Shown here in pieces: positions 9,792 through 20,176 of a DNA stretch of 64,000 nt; positions within the stretch are counted from its first letter, which is position 1, and each line of letters begins with the position of its first letter. The translations under genes were made by a program, and so were the position numbers. This stretch comes from Desulfosudaceae bacterium (GTDB lineage Bacteria > Desulfobacterota > Desulfobacteria > Desulfobacterales > Desulfosudaceae), in the NCBI GenBank assembly GCA_963674745.2, contig CAXXDV010000001.1, positions 480,001 through 544,000 of the forward strand, given 5' to 3'. The notes beneath the pieces are model-generated. The model made no database searches, was not told the origin of the DNA, and was given only the letters and a program-made list of their open reading frames with translations.

Positions 9792-11498
9792 TCAGGGATT
9801 CATTTGGTAAGCGTCAATCAGGGAATAAACATGCTTCTCAAGCACCCGGGCGAACTGGTCATTGTCCGTCACCGGGCTTTTGATGATCTTCAGGGCCTGG
9901 TCTTTCTGGGCCTGGGTTGACGTGGGCTTACCGTGAATATCGACCGCGTATTTTGAAAAATCGCGGACAAACACGTCAAAGATCTGGTTCAGAAGCTCGT
10001 CATCGATCTTTTCGATGGCGGCGCTTTCAATAATCAGCTGGCCATAAGCCACCAGGGTAAACATTTCACCGACCGCCAAAAGATAATCAAAATCGTTCAT
10101 CATCTGGTCTTTGAGTTCCATGCCCGAGAGCATCAGCCAATCGGCAAAGGCCTTTATCTGCTCTTTGAATACGTTGATGTTGGGCAGATCGACGCTGTTA
10201 TAGGCGATGTTGTAATCATGAAACTGAATTTTACCGTATCCGCGCGTGGGCCCCTGCTGAAACAGGTAATCATCGTTTTCAGGCCCGTTTCGTCTGGGTA
10301 TTTCCGGGTATTCCTTGGGGTTGAAGAAGAAGTTGGGCAGCAGCTTGGCGATCAGGGCCATGTTCACGTGACGGGTCCCTTCCAGCTTGGGAAAACCCTT
10401 CAGTTCCACCACGGCCTGGGAGAAGTAGTTGTCCTTTTCAAATCCCTTGGCGGCGATAATATCCCACAGCATCTCGTGGACCTCTTCGCCCTGGATGGCC
10501 ACCTTCATTTTCATGATGGGGTTGTACAGCATGTATCGTTTGTCTTCGGCCGACGCGGCCCGCATATAATCGGTCGCCCTGAGGCCGAAGAGCTTCATGC
10601 CGGCCAGGCGGCAGAAGGAGTCCATGAAGAGCCGCTTGACATGGGGGAATTCGGTGACGAACTTGCCGTAAACGTTTCTGTGGGCGGCATGGTTGATGGC
10701 TTCGTAAAAAGAATGGGTGACAATACCGGTGGCCCCGGAACCGATGTTGAACTTGCAGATATTGATGGTGTTGAGCATGTCGTCCCAGGCCTTGGGGCCG
10801 CGGGCGGAAATATCGGCATCGGTGATGGGGTAGTCATGAAGAATAAATTCAGAAACATAGTTCTGGGCCTTGATGACGTTCTGTACGCATTCAAACTTTT
10901 CATGGTGGGAATCAACCACGAAGAACACATAATCATCCGTACCGGCGATTTTGCCGAAAACCGTAATGGTGGAGGCTTCGTTGCCGTTACCGATATAATA
11001 TTTGGTCCCCCTGGCAAGGTAAGTCCCGTCATCCTGAGGATACAGTTTCATTTCTGAAGAGTAAATGTCCGCACCATGCTCTTTTTCCGACAGCCCGAAG
11101 GCGCACAGGGGATTTTCTCTCAACTGCTGAACGGCGCGCTGTTTGAGTTCCTCGTTGTCCCCGAGAAAGACCGGATCCAGGCCCAGGGTGGACACATGAT
11201 ACATGTACCAGTAGGCCGAGCCGTAAAAACCGGTGATTTCGGAAAACTCGTACATGCGGTAGGTGCTGTAATACTGGTCCTCATCACCATAGCCCTTGGG
11301 GAGGAACAGGGTCTCAAAAATTCTTTCTTTTTTGCAGAACTCGGCAAAGTCATAGGTAAATTCAAAGGAGAAGGTATCCTCCTTCATTTTTTTCATGCCC
11401 TTGTTTTCAAAAAACGCGATGGTCTTGAGCATAATCTCTTTTGACCGTTCGTCGGGATAGTTTCTGTCCTGGTATTTCTTGGGATTCAACAACAACAT
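9792..11498 (-). CDS. Acyl-CoA dehydrogenase
   Basis: AFGLSEKEHGAD, GTKYYIGNGN, LNTINICKF, PKLEGT motifs. Confidence 0.9.
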   Translation of the reverse strand: MLLLNPKKYQDRNYPDERSKEIMLKTIAFFENKGMKKMKEDTFSFEFTYDFAEFCKKERIFETLFLPKGYGDEDQYYSTYRMYEFSEITGFYGSAYWYMYHVSTLGLDPVFLGDNEELKQRAVQQLRENPLCAFGLSEKEHGADIYSSEMKLYPQDDGTYLARGTKYYIGNGNEASTITVFGKIAGTDDYVFFVVDSHHEKFECVQNVIKAQNYVSEFILHDYPITDADISARGPKAWDDMLNTINICKFNIGSGATGIVTHSFYEAINHAAHRNVYGKFVTEFPHVKRLFMDSFCRLAGMKLFGLRATDYMRAASAEDKRYMLYNPIMKMKVAIQGEEVHEMLWDIIAAKGFEKDNYFSQAVVELKGFPKLEGTRHVNMALIAKLLPNFFFNPKEYPEIPRRNGPENDDYLFQQGPTRGYGKIQFHDYNIAYNSVDLPNINVFKEQIKAFADWLMLSGMELKDQMMNDFDYLLAVGEMFTLVAYGQLIIESAAIEKIDDELLNQIFDVFVRDFSKYAVDIHGKPTSTQAQKDQALKIIKSPVTDNDQFARVLEKHVYSLIDAYQMNP

Positions 11499-11599
11499 GG
11501 CAGACTCCTTTTACGTCTGAGAAAGTTAAAATGGGCTAAGACGGATTTTACAACGTATTGTCCATAAACATAAAATTTTGAAAAACTCAAAAAAATATT

Positions 11600-12316
11600 T
11601 TACATCATAAGATTCAAAGGTTCAATATATTCCGGATCTTCCTTGTCCAGAATTTCAACAATATGTTTGTGCAGCCGGCGCTTGTGCTCGCCGAATATGC
11701 CTCTTTTTTTATTGAATGTCCGGGCAAAGGCCAGGGCGTTGGCCATGAGATCATCTTTATCCGCACAGGCCTTTTCAATAATATGATGTTCCTCAAGTTC
11801 CGGTGCGGCAACCCTTTTACCGGTCAGTTTCATTTCATTGAACTTGTAGTAGGGAATGGCTTTTTTAACAAAGGCCACCATGCCGGGCAAAAAGGGAATG
11901 CTGACGTCCACCTCCGGGAAACAGAAAAAACCCCGATCCGACTTCATGAACCGGAAATCACAGGCACATGAAAAAATGGCCCCGTTGCCAAAGGCATGAC
12001 CATTAATGGCCGCAATCACGGGGACGGGCGCCAGCAGGCATTTTTTAAACACATCGTTCATGCCGTACATAAATGCCCGCATATCGTCCAGGGCGTTGTT
12101 TGAGAACCGGTCCATCATCCATTCCAGATCGACCCCGGCTGAAAAAATTTTTTCACCGGCGGAGGTAATGATAACGGCGGTAACCGACTCGTCCGCCAGG
12201 GCGTCATCAATGGCTTTATTCATGGCCTGGGCAAAGGCCAGGTTCTGACGGTTCTCACCATTGTCCATTGTGATCACGGCAACGGTACCATCCAGGGTTA
12301 AATCAACAATACTCAT
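11600..12316 (-). CDS. Enoyl-CoA hydratase/isomerase (delta3-delta2 isomerase-like)
   Basis: FSAGVDL, IAAINGHAFGNG, FCFPEVD. Confidence 0.9.
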   Translation of the reverse strand: MSIVDLTLDGTVAVITMDNGENRQNLAFAQAMNKAIDDALADESVTAVIITSAGEKIFSAGVDLEWMMDRFSNNALDDMRAFMYGMNDVFKKCLLAPVPVIAAINGHAFGNGAIFSCACDFRFMKSDRGFFCFPEVDVSIPFLPGMVAFVKKAIPYYKFNEMKLTGKRVAAPELEEHHIIEKACADKDDLMANALAFARTFNKKRGIFGEHKRRLHKHIVEILDKEDPEYIEPLNLMM

Positions 12317-12412
12317 GTTTCACTCCTCTATATTTTTTATCTAAAACACAATTTTTTACTTTTACATGATGCCGGGGGGGAGAGCAATCTCAAAAACATT
12401 CAGGCCTTCACC

Positions 12413-12778
12413 TTATTCACTCTTCAGCCACAGAACAGCTTCCGGCTCTTCTCGAAACACGCGCATTTCAAGCCCTTCATGTTTCCTGAACAGGACGACG
12501 TACATGCGTGCAAGCCCGAAAGTAAGGTCGTCAGGGGCAACGACGGCGCTCTTAGAAGGCACCGGCCATAGATCAATACCCTTTTGTGCAAGCATCTTTA
12601 GTTCAGATGAGTCGGCGTTACCACCGAATGAATATATCCATAATTGCCGGCGGGTTACACCTCTCGCTACGATTTCATCCAGAGCGGCGAACACATCAGA
12701 TAAAGTTGCCTCCCTTAAGAAACGCACTACAGATATCCCGTCGACGACTTCTAAAACGTATGATTTCTGTTTCATCAT
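12413..12778 (-). CDS. Hypothetical protein (STAS/SpoIIAA-like alpha/beta fold)
   Basis: SAVVAPDDLTFGLARMY...VFREEPEAVLWL pattern typical of SpoIIAA-like small proteins. Confidence 0.6.
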   Translation of the reverse strand: MMKQKSYVLEVVDGISVVRFLREATLSDVFAALDEIVARGVTRRQLWIYSFGGNADSSELKMLAQKGIDLWPVPSKSAVVAPDDLTFGLARMYVVLFRKHEGLEMRVFREEPEAVLWLKSE

Positions 12779-13031
12779 TTCCGGATCCCGTCCAATTATA
12801 ACTTTACGGCGGCTGTATATCTCTCATGAAACGCAGAAACGCTCTTTCCGGAATTTATAATAACTCCATACCGAAGAGGGAACAATAAAAAGCTGAGAAA
12901 GCCCTTTCATCCCTCCCCCGGAATAGCGCTCGAAGCTTTATCCCGGGGTTATTTTTATTTTGGGTCAGCCCTTCAGTGTGGCCTGAGCTGACCGTTGAAG
13001 GTCTCCGCCACATTGGTTTTCATTTTATAAT

Positions 13032-13063
13032 AATGGCCGTGAAGTTTTTACCCCACGGCCATT
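13032..13063. terminator. Hairpin downstream of enoyl-CoA isomerase gene
   Basis: AATGGCCGTG...CACGGCCATT inverted repeat; weak U-tract. Confidence 0.4.
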
Positions 13064-13199
13064 GTTATATCGATCAATCGTTGTGACAGCGAGTTTTACG
13101 GCATGGACCACCGGGACAGAAAAGCCCATATTTCCCGGATCACATCCACACCATCGACATTATCTTAATACAGACCTTCAGCAAAATGGACTGCATTCA

Positions 13200-13874
13200 T
13201 CACCAATTGGTATACATATCCTTGAGCGATTTTTTCAAATTACCCTTAATCAGAGCGTAATTACTTCGCTCTTTGGATGCCATGTCCCGGGCAAAGGCCA
13301 TGGTCTTTTCAAAGAGTTCGGATTCAGGGTAAATGTAGTTAACAATGCCCTGCTGCAGGCACGCTTCCCCGGTAAGGGCTTTTCCGGAAAGGACCATTTC
13401 ATTCACAGCATGTGGGCTGGACAGGTTGTTGATCAGGGCAATCAGGGGCTCATCCAGGGGCATACCATAAGTGGCTTCCGGAAAGCAGAAACGGCTTTTG
13501 TCAGCGCGCATAATCCGGAAATCCAGCGAACTTGCCATGATTGCGCCCATGGCATAGGCGTGACCCGCAATGCAGGCGATTGTGGGAAGGTTGAGGGTGG
13601 CCGCCCGTAAAAGGGTCTTCTTTACCCGGTGCAAAAAATCATCCCGCTCCTCAACGCTTGCAGAGGAGAACCACTGAAGGTTAATGCCGTTGGAAAAAAA
13701 TTTGGGGTGATTGCTGGTAATGACCATTGAAGCGTTTCCCGGCGAGTTTTCAATTTCATCAAAGACCTGATTGTATTCAATCAGCGCTTCGCTGCAAAAG
13801 GTATTTTTATTTTCACTGTCAATTAACGTAACCACAAAGACGTTGCCGTCTTTTTTTAAGTCCAGATATTTCAT
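13200..13874 (-). CDS. Enoyl-CoA delta isomerase-like crotonase
   Basis: KFFSNGINL, IACIAGHAYAMG, FCFPEA; GAGGAGG RBS. Confidence 0.88.
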   Translation of the reverse strand: MKYLDLKKDGNVFVVTLIDSENKNTFCSEALIEYNQVFDEIENSPGNASMVITSNHPKFFSNGINLQWFSSASVEERDDFLHRVKKTLLRAATLNLPTIACIAGHAYAMGAIMASSLDFRIMRADKSRFCFPEATYGMPLDEPLIALINNLSSPHAVNEMVLSGKALTGEACLQQGIVNYIYPESELFEKTMAFARDMASKERSNYALIKGNLKKSLKDMYTNW

Positions 13875-13950
13875 ACCGCTCCTCTCTGTAAAAATTCATC
13901 ACCCTTTATTGTGGTGATTTAGCTCATCCCGAAATCATTTCAACAGGCAA

Positions 13951-14068
13951 AGCATTAACCGTGCCATAATAATTATCTCTTAATATTCAATTAGTTATTT
14001 TTTTTGCCGGCATCAATATTACCAAATACGGAATAATTTATTGCCAAATATGGGATATATGCCTAAAT
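13951..14068 (-). promoter_or_regulatory. sigma54 promoter cassette P1 (-24/-12, IHF-like site, activator UAS)
   Basis: Minus-strand TGGCACGGTTAATGCT (13951-13966); ATTCAATTAGTTA at 13985; CCAAATA at 14022 and 14044. Confidence 0.85.
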
Positions 14069-14091
14069 GTACCATGTAAAAAAGGTCATAT

Positions 14092-16164
14092 ATGAATACC
14101 CGTGTGAACACCGACTTACAGACAGGCAAGCAATCTCTTCTAGACGAAGCAGATCTTCAGGAAGAACTGAATGATATTTTTAAAAGCATTTCAGGTCAGA
14201 TTCCCGTTGATAAAATTCACTGGGTTCAGACCCATTATGATCTGCAGATGATGCGTATCATCGCGCAGGCGTCAGACACGGGCGGCGAAATAACCAATTT
14301 CATGTATGACGTTCCCGGGGATATCGTGGCGTTTTTGGACAGCGACGCCCTGCCTGAAATCCATATCATGAATCAACCGGAAATCGATCCCATTGGAAAA
14401 GAAGTTTCCCGGCGGGCCAAACTGTTTGACTGGTCCGCTATGTATATAAATTTTCGCAACCGTACGGATACGTTATCCTCGGTAGCGATTTATGCGGATG
14501 GAAAGAACCGGTATTCCCGAGAACATACCCGTCTGCTGAGGCCTTTTTCGGGGCGCCTTCAACGAATTACGGATATCCTCATTGCTGATAATGAAAGAAA
14601 AATACCCCATCCGACGCAGAAAGAACCCGTTGAAGACAAAAATGATTTTTTCCGACAGGTCACCCTGCGGCTATGCGGCAACCTTGACCTGGAAACAGGT
14701 GTTACCCAGTGTCTTCAATACCTCAGCCGTTTTATTCCGGCTGATGGACTGATTGTCAGGCAGTTGGAACCGGAAATGCAATCCGAACGCGTGCTTGCGG
14801 AAAGTTTCGGCGTATTTCATCAAAAGTCAGGGACCCTGATTCCATTGTTCACCAGAGAGCGCAATCCTTCCGACAGGCGGAGCCCCCCCAGGATACGCAT
14901 CATCAACCGGCCGGAACAATCTGTTTCGGTGCAATTCTACACCCAAATTTTCGGGCATGACTTATCATGTATCTCCATGCCCCTTATCGACAAAAAAAAC
15001 CCGATTGGTGTGGCCGTGCTGGGCCTGGAAGGCAAGGACCGCTACCGGGAAGAGCACATGCAGCTTTTTGCACTGCTCCATGACCCTTTTGTCCTGGCCC
15101 TTTCAAACAACATCAAACACCGGGAAATGATACGACTGAAGAACCTGATTGAAGAAGAGAAACAGGGCCTGGCAGAAGAACTGCACTACAATGCGGCTGA
15201 TACCATCATCGGCAGCAGCCTGGGGCTGGCGGGCGTCATGGAAAATGCCCGGCTTGTTGCCGAACAGGACAGCCCGGTTTTGCTGACCGGTGAAACCGGT
15301 ACCGGCAAGGAAATCATCGCCAATTTCATCCACCGCAACTCTTTACGAAAAGACGGCCCCTTCATCAAGGTCAATTGCGGCGCCATACCGGATACGCTGG
15401 TGGACAGCGAACTGTTCGGTCATGAAAGGGGGGCCTTCACCGGCGCGGGCACCCGGAAAAAGGGCCGTTTTGAAAGGGCCCACAAAGGGACAATTTTTCT
15501 GGACGAAATCGCTGAACTGCCTCTGGCCGCCCAGGTCCGCCTGCTCCGGGTGCTGCAGCATAAAGTTATCGAGCGGGTTGGCGGTATGGAATCCATTTCC
15601 GTGGATATCCGTATTATTGCCGCCACTCATGGCAATCTGGAAGATCTGGTCGCGCATGGTCGGTTTCGGGAAGACCTGTGGTTTCGCCTGAATGTCTTTC
15701 CCATCCGGATTCCGCCGTTGCGATCAAGGCGGTCGGATATTCCGGCCCTGGTAGATTATTTTATTGAAAAAAAGTCCCTTGATTTGAAGTTTCACACCAG
15801 GCCGCTCCTGTCTGTTGATGCAATGGAACGGTTGACCGCTTATAACTGGCCGGGCAATGTCCGCGAACTGGAGAATGTCGTTGAAAGGGAATTGATACTC
15901 AGCAGGGGCGAGGCCCTGACATTTCAAAACATCAACCCCCAACCATCAGGCAATGATTCTCCGGGCAGTGCGGTTTCAAAAAATGATGTTTTGGGGCTGG
16001 ATGATTTTTTTGCCCGACACGTCAAAAAAGTCCTGGCCATGTGTAACGGCAAAATTAACGGCCCGGGCGGAGCAGCAGAATTGCTGAACATGAAACCCAA
16101 CACGCTCCGGAACAGGATGAAGAAACTGGGGATTCCTTACGGCGTAACAAAAGCTAAAAATTAA
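14092..16164 (+). CDS. sigma54-dependent activator (bEBP), type A, pair 1; GAF-like x2 + AAA + HTH (FhlA-like)
   Basis: GETGTGKE, GAFTGA, FLDEI, WPGNVRELEN, C-terminal GAAELL..KPNTLRNRMKKLGI. Confidence 0.95.
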   Translation: MNTRVNTDLQTGKQSLLDEADLQEELNDIFKSISGQIPVDKIHWVQTHYDLQMMRIIAQASDTGGEITNFMYDVPGDIVAFLDSDALPEIHIMNQPEIDPIGKEVSRRAKLFDWSAMYINFRNRTDTLSSVAIYADGKNRYSREHTRLLRPFSGRLQRITDILIADNERKIPHPTQKEPVEDKNDFFRQVTLRLCGNLDLETGVTQCLQYLSRFIPADGLIVRQLEPEMQSERVLAESFGVFHQKSGTLIPLFTRERNPSDRRSPPRIRIINRPEQSVSVQFYTQIFGHDLSCISMPLIDKKNPIGVAVLGLEGKDRYREEHMQLFALLHDPFVLALSNNIKHREMIRLKNLIEEEKQGLAEELHYNAADTIIGSSLGLAGVMENARLVAEQDSPVLLTGETGTGKEIIANFIHRNSLRKDGPFIKVNCGAIPDTLVDSELFGHERGAFTGAGTRKKGRFERAHKGTIFLDEIAELPLAAQVRLLRVLQHKVIERVGGMESISVDIRIIAATHGNLEDLVAHGRFREDLWFRLNVFPIRIPPLRSRRSDIPALVDYFIEKKSLDLKFHTRPLLSVDAMERLTAYNWPGNVRELENVVERELILSRGEALTFQNINPQPSGNDSPGSAVSKNDVLGLDDFFARHVKKVLAMCNGKINGPGGAAELLNMKPNTLRNRMKKLGIPYGVTKAKN

Positions 16165-16175
16165 CGGAACACATT

Positions 16176-18251
16176 ATGAAAAGCGCGCCGGATACTGTTT
16201 TAGACCAGATAAAAGAACGTGTCGCTTCAGACGGGGATATCTACGAGGCGGTTTACACGTATTACGAATATATTCAAAAACACCTTCCCGCGGAACGAAT
16301 GAGCCTGAGCCTGCTTGACTTTGATCAGAAAAACATACAAATCATTGCCCAGGCCAGTAAAACCGGAAGTGAAAAAACAGATTTCATCGTTTCAACCCCA
16401 AAAGAGCTACCGGCTTTTTTTAATTTGAACGATCTGCCTGAAATTTACATGATCAACGAACCGGAAACCGACCCGCTCGGACGGAATATGATTAAGCGAA
16501 CAGGTTTCAAGGACTGGTCTCTGATAGGCGTGCTGATCAGGGAACAGGCAGTTGCTTACGGTGTGATATTTTTTACGGTTAAAGGGAAAAACGGGTATTC
16601 TGAAAAACATGCCGCCTTGCTCACGGATTTATATGATTCGCATAAATGGCTTCTGGACGCTGTTATCAGGGAACATAAGAACAAACCCGGCGGCCTTGAT
16701 CAAAAAGAGACCGTAGAAGACAAATATGAATTCTTCCGCCAGGTCACCCGGCGGTTATGCGGGCACCTTGACATGGAGGTCGGTGTTCTGCATTGTTTTC
16801 AATACCTCAGCCGGTTCTTTCAGGCTTCCATGCTGTCCGTCCACAAACATCATGAAGAGAGTGATACAGATATCATCGGGGTCGGACCGACCACTTTTTT
16901 AAACTATTTCGATCCGGATATGATGGCCAGGGGTACAGAAAGCCTGAGCCCTGCGGAAAAAACATCGTCTCCCGAAACCGTGATCACCAATCGCCCCGAG
17001 CGCGACCCTACCCTGAATCGCACGGTAAAAAAATTCGGGGCCAACTGGTCGGCGATCACCATGTATCTTTCACATAAGCGGGTCCCGCTCGGCCTTGCCA
17101 ACCTCGTCACGGAAGGAAGAGATGCTTTTTCTGAGGAGCAAAGGGAGCTGTTTGCCATGCTCCATGACCCGTTTTCCCTGGCCCTTTCAAATCATATCAC
17201 ACACCGGGAAGTCATCCGGCTGAAAAACATCATCGAAGACGAGAAGAAAAACCTTCAGGAGGAATTGCATTTCTCCGGGGAAACCACCATTATCGGCGAA
17301 ACGTCGGGATTAAAGGGGGTCATGGACAGTGCCCGGGTTGTCGCCGGCCGGGAAAGCCCGGTTTTGCTGTCCGGTGAAACCGGCGTGGGCAAGGAAATCA
17401 TCGCCAATTTTATCCACCGGCAATCATCACGAAGAGACGCCCCCCTGATCAAGGTCAATTGCGGTGCCATCCCGGATACACTGGTCGACAGCGAACTGTT
17501 CGGCCATGAAAAAGGGGCCTTCACCGGCGCGGACACCCGAAAAAAAGGCCGTTTTGAACGGGCTGACGGCGGGACGGTTTTTCTGGATGAAATCGCGGAA
17601 CTGCCCCTTCCGGCCCAGGTCCGCATGCTGCGGGTCCTGCAAAATAAAACCATCGAACGGGTAGGAGGCACAGAGACCGTACCCGTGAATATCCGCATCA
17701 TCGCCGCCACCCACCGCAACCTGGAAGAAATGGTCGCTTCCGGCCTGTTCCGGGAAGACCTGTGGTTCCGGCTGAATGTCGTTCCCATCCATATCCCGCC
17801 CTTGAGAGCAAGACGGTCGGACATCCCGGCCCTTGTGGATTATTTTATTGAGAAAAAATCCCGGGAAATGACACTTCATGTCAATCCATCCCTGCCTGCC
17901 GATGCCATGGAGCGGTTGACTTCGTATGAATGGCCCGGCAATGTTCGTGAACTGGAGAACGTCATTGAAAGGGAGCTGATCCTGCAAAAAGGCGAGGCGC
18001 TCACGTTTGAGCACATCATTCCCGGGCCGACAAGCGGTAATACACAAGATAATAATACCATTCCGGAAGACGACGTTCTGGAAATGGACAAGGCCTTTGC
18101 CCGTCATATCAGAAACGTTCTGGGGCTTACGCAAGGTAAAATCAACGGCCCCGGAGGGGCAGCGGAATTACTGAAAGTTAAACCCAGCACCCTCCGCCAC
18201 CGCATGGACAAACTGGGAATCACCTATGGCTGGAAAAAAACAAAAAAATAA
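16176..18251 (+). CDS. sigma54-dependent activator (bEBP), type B, pair 1
   Basis: GETGVGKE, GAFTGA, WPGNVRELEN, HTH; 11-bp gap after partner. Confidence 0.95.
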   Translation: MKSAPDTVLDQIKERVASDGDIYEAVYTYYEYIQKHLPAERMSLSLLDFDQKNIQIIAQASKTGSEKTDFIVSTPKELPAFFNLNDLPEIYMINEPETDPLGRNMIKRTGFKDWSLIGVLIREQAVAYGVIFFTVKGKNGYSEKHAALLTDLYDSHKWLLDAVIREHKNKPGGLDQKETVEDKYEFFRQVTRRLCGHLDMEVGVLHCFQYLSRFFQASMLSVHKHHEESDTDIIGVGPTTFLNYFDPDMMARGTESLSPAEKTSSPETVITNRPERDPTLNRTVKKFGANWSAITMYLSHKRVPLGLANLVTEGRDAFSEEQRELFAMLHDPFSLALSNHITHREVIRLKNIIEDEKKNLQEELHFSGETTIIGETSGLKGVMDSARVVAGRESPVLLSGETGVGKEIIANFIHRQSSRRDAPLIKVNCGAIPDTLVDSELFGHEKGAFTGADTRKKGRFERADGGTVFLDEIAELPLPAQVRMLRVLQNKTIERVGGTETVPVNIRIIAATHRNLEEMVASGLFREDLWFRLNVVPIHIPPLRARRSDIPALVDYFIEKKSREMTLHVNPSLPADAMERLTSYEWPGNVRELENVIERELILQKGEALTFEHIIPGPTSGNTQDNNTIPEDDVLEMDKAFARHIRNVLGLTQGKINGPGGAAELLKVKPSTLRHRMDKLGITYGWKKTKK

Positions 18252-18332
18252 TCCCCAAATTCGCAGGTCCGCACGCAGTATCAGTTCCTTTAAGACCTGC
18301 TTGAGCCGTTCGGATAAGGAATAGCCCCGCAT

Positions 18333-19217
18333 ATGAAACGAAAAAAGATAATCATTGATACAGATCCTGCCATAGGCGTTTTTTTAAGAGATGTTGATGA
18401 TGCCCTGGCAATTTTGCTGGCAATTGCTTCCCCTGAAATTGAACTGGAAGGCATTACGATTAATTTTGGGAACGTGCCGTCTGAAAAGGGATATACCGTA
18501 GGCAAGCAGATACTGGCGGTCGCCGGGGTTGATATTCCAATTATACCGGGAGCCGCCTCCAGAAAATTGCTGGGCCGGCCAACACCGGCGGTAGAGCATT
18601 TGATTCAGACCGTAAATAGACATCCGGGGGAGATAACCCTGGTTGCTGTCGCGCCGTTGACGAATGTGGCGTCAGCCATGATGCTGGACAATACCTTTGC
18701 CGGGAACCTGAACGAACTTATTGTAATGGGCGGTGCCGTTAATTTTAAATTCTTCTCAACCTTTGGGGAATTGAATTTCCATTTAGACGGCCAGGCTGCC
18801 TCAATTGTTATGGCGGCGCCGTGTCACAAAACATTACTGACGATGGACCTCTGCTCCCAGGCTGTATTTACCCGGTCCCACTTAGCACAATTAAAAGGAA
18901 ATAAAACAGCAGTGTCGCAATTTCTGGCGCGCAACATTCCTTCATGGTTGACGCTCAACAGAATTGTATTTCGGAAAGGCGGCTTTTTCCCCTGGGATCC
19001 AATTGCAGTCGCCTGCGCAATTAATCCAGACCTGACGGACAAAAAACACTTTACCTTTGATGTCCAGGCACAAGGCATTCGAAGCGGCAGGATATATAAC
19101 CTTAAAGAACAGGCGGCGCAGGACGATACCGCAAACAGATATCCGGTTAATATTCCTCAGAGATTAGACAGCAAGCATTTTATGAAAATGCTTTTAGACC
19201 ATTTATTGTCTTTGTAA
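18333..19217 (+). CDS. Inosine/uridine-preferring nucleoside hydrolase family protein
   Basis: IIDTDP...DVDDALA, APLTNVA, MGGA, ELNF. Confidence 0.88.
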   Translation: MKRKKIIIDTDPAIGVFLRDVDDALAILLAIASPEIELEGITINFGNVPSEKGYTVGKQILAVAGVDIPIIPGAASRKLLGRPTPAVEHLIQTVNRHPGEITLVAVAPLTNVASAMMLDNTFAGNLNELIVMGGAVNFKFFSTFGELNFHLDGQAASIVMAAPCHKTLLTMDLCSQAVFTRSHLAQLKGNKTAVSQFLARNIPSWLTLNRIVFRKGGFFPWDPIAVACAINPDLTDKKHFTFDVQAQGIRSGRIYNLKEQAAQDDTANRYPVNIPQRLDSKHFMKMLLDHLLSL

Positions 19218-19274
19218 AAAAACAAGGTTTTAAAGAGTTCCGCATCATTTCATGCAAAGACAAACAAGAAACCG

Positions 19275-20015
19275 CTACGAATCTCCGCCCGCCCAGGACC
19301 GGCGGATCAGGCTGCGAAACAGTTCCAGGTGGCGGTTGAACTGTTCCATCCGGGCCAGGGTCTCTTCCGGGGAGCCGGAAATATAGGCTTTGATCAAGGC
19401 CCGCTTGATCTGGTTGTGGCGGCGGAGCAGGGGCTTGTCGACCACCTGTAAAAACAGGGTAAACATCATTTTCCGCAGGGGTCGGAACGAGTTGACCAAC
19501 ATCCGCAGGACGGTGTTGTCCAGGGCATCGACGATGATGTCCTGGGACCGGACCTCCAGTTCCACCAGAGCGCCGAGGTCGGCCAGGTCCAGAAGGGCTT
19601 CTTCTTCATCCAGCAGAGAAAACAGCTCCTTAATCTGTATCGCCGACAGGCGGGGCGCGGCAGCGGCCAGCATGGCCGGGAAAACCATTGTCCAGGCCTC
19701 CAGTATCTCATCAGCCAGGTACTGGTCGGTAAACAGGGGCGCCGCTGCGGGGTCCCCCCGGGATACCAGCAGACGCAAAAAATCAATGCCGGCGTTGTGG
19801 ACATAGTCGCGGACATACATCCCGTCTCCCTGGCGGACATCCAGCACTCCCATGGACTGCATGATCTTTACGGCCACCCGCAGGGCGCTACGGTCCACCT
19901 GCAGTTCCTGAGCCAACTCTTTTTCCGGGGGCAACTTTTCACCCGGCTGGCGTTTACGGGTAAATATCTGCTGCATGAGGGTGTTGGCAGCTACCTGGTG
20001 GTTTTGCTGGGCCAT
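19275..20015 (-). CDS. GntR/FadR-family transcriptional regulator
   Basis: PGEKLPPEKELAQELQVDRSALRVA...VRQGDGMYV winged HTH. Confidence 0.9.
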   Translation of the reverse strand: MAQQNHQVAANTLMQQIFTRKRQPGEKLPPEKELAQELQVDRSALRVAVKIMQSMGVLDVRQGDGMYVRDYVHNAGIDFLRLLVSRGDPAAAPLFTDQYLADEILEAWTMVFPAMLAAAAPRLSAIQIKELFSLLDEEEALLDLADLGALVELEVRSQDIIVDALDNTVLRMLVNSFRPLRKMMFTLFLQVVDKPLLRRHNQIKRALIKAYISGSPEETLARMEQFNRHLELFRSLIRRSWAGGDS

Positions 20016-20093
20016 GGCTTTCTCCTTGTGGTGGCGTCGTAAAAAGTCCGGTTTATGTTTTCTGCAATCAAATTTTACATACTCAAATAATTG

Positions 20094-20122
20094 TTGACAT
20101 GAATTTTTAAAATTGTTATGAT
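20094..20122 (+). promoter_or_regulatory. sigma70 promoter for MBL hydrolase
   Basis: TTGACA-N17-TATGAT with extended -10 TG; an opposing TTGACA lies on the minus strand at 20148-20153. Confidence 0.7.
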
Positions 20123-20176
20123 GAATTTAAACTATAAATAATATGTCTGTCAACTCTTATTTACAAGGAGCATATC

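Noticed and set aside
12963..13001. Interleaved complementary segments (GGTCAGC/GCTGACC and CCTTCA/TGAAGG) suggesting a pseudoknot or riboswitch
   Set aside because: Loop lengths (0, 11, 2) are sterically implausible, stems are short enough to arise by chance, and there is no match to a riboswitch I recognise; an Rfam/Infernal search would settle it
13062..13610. 182-aa plus-strand ORF, and 12366-12860
   Set aside because: Antisense to the enoyl-CoA isomerase and SpoIIAA-like genes; no motifs
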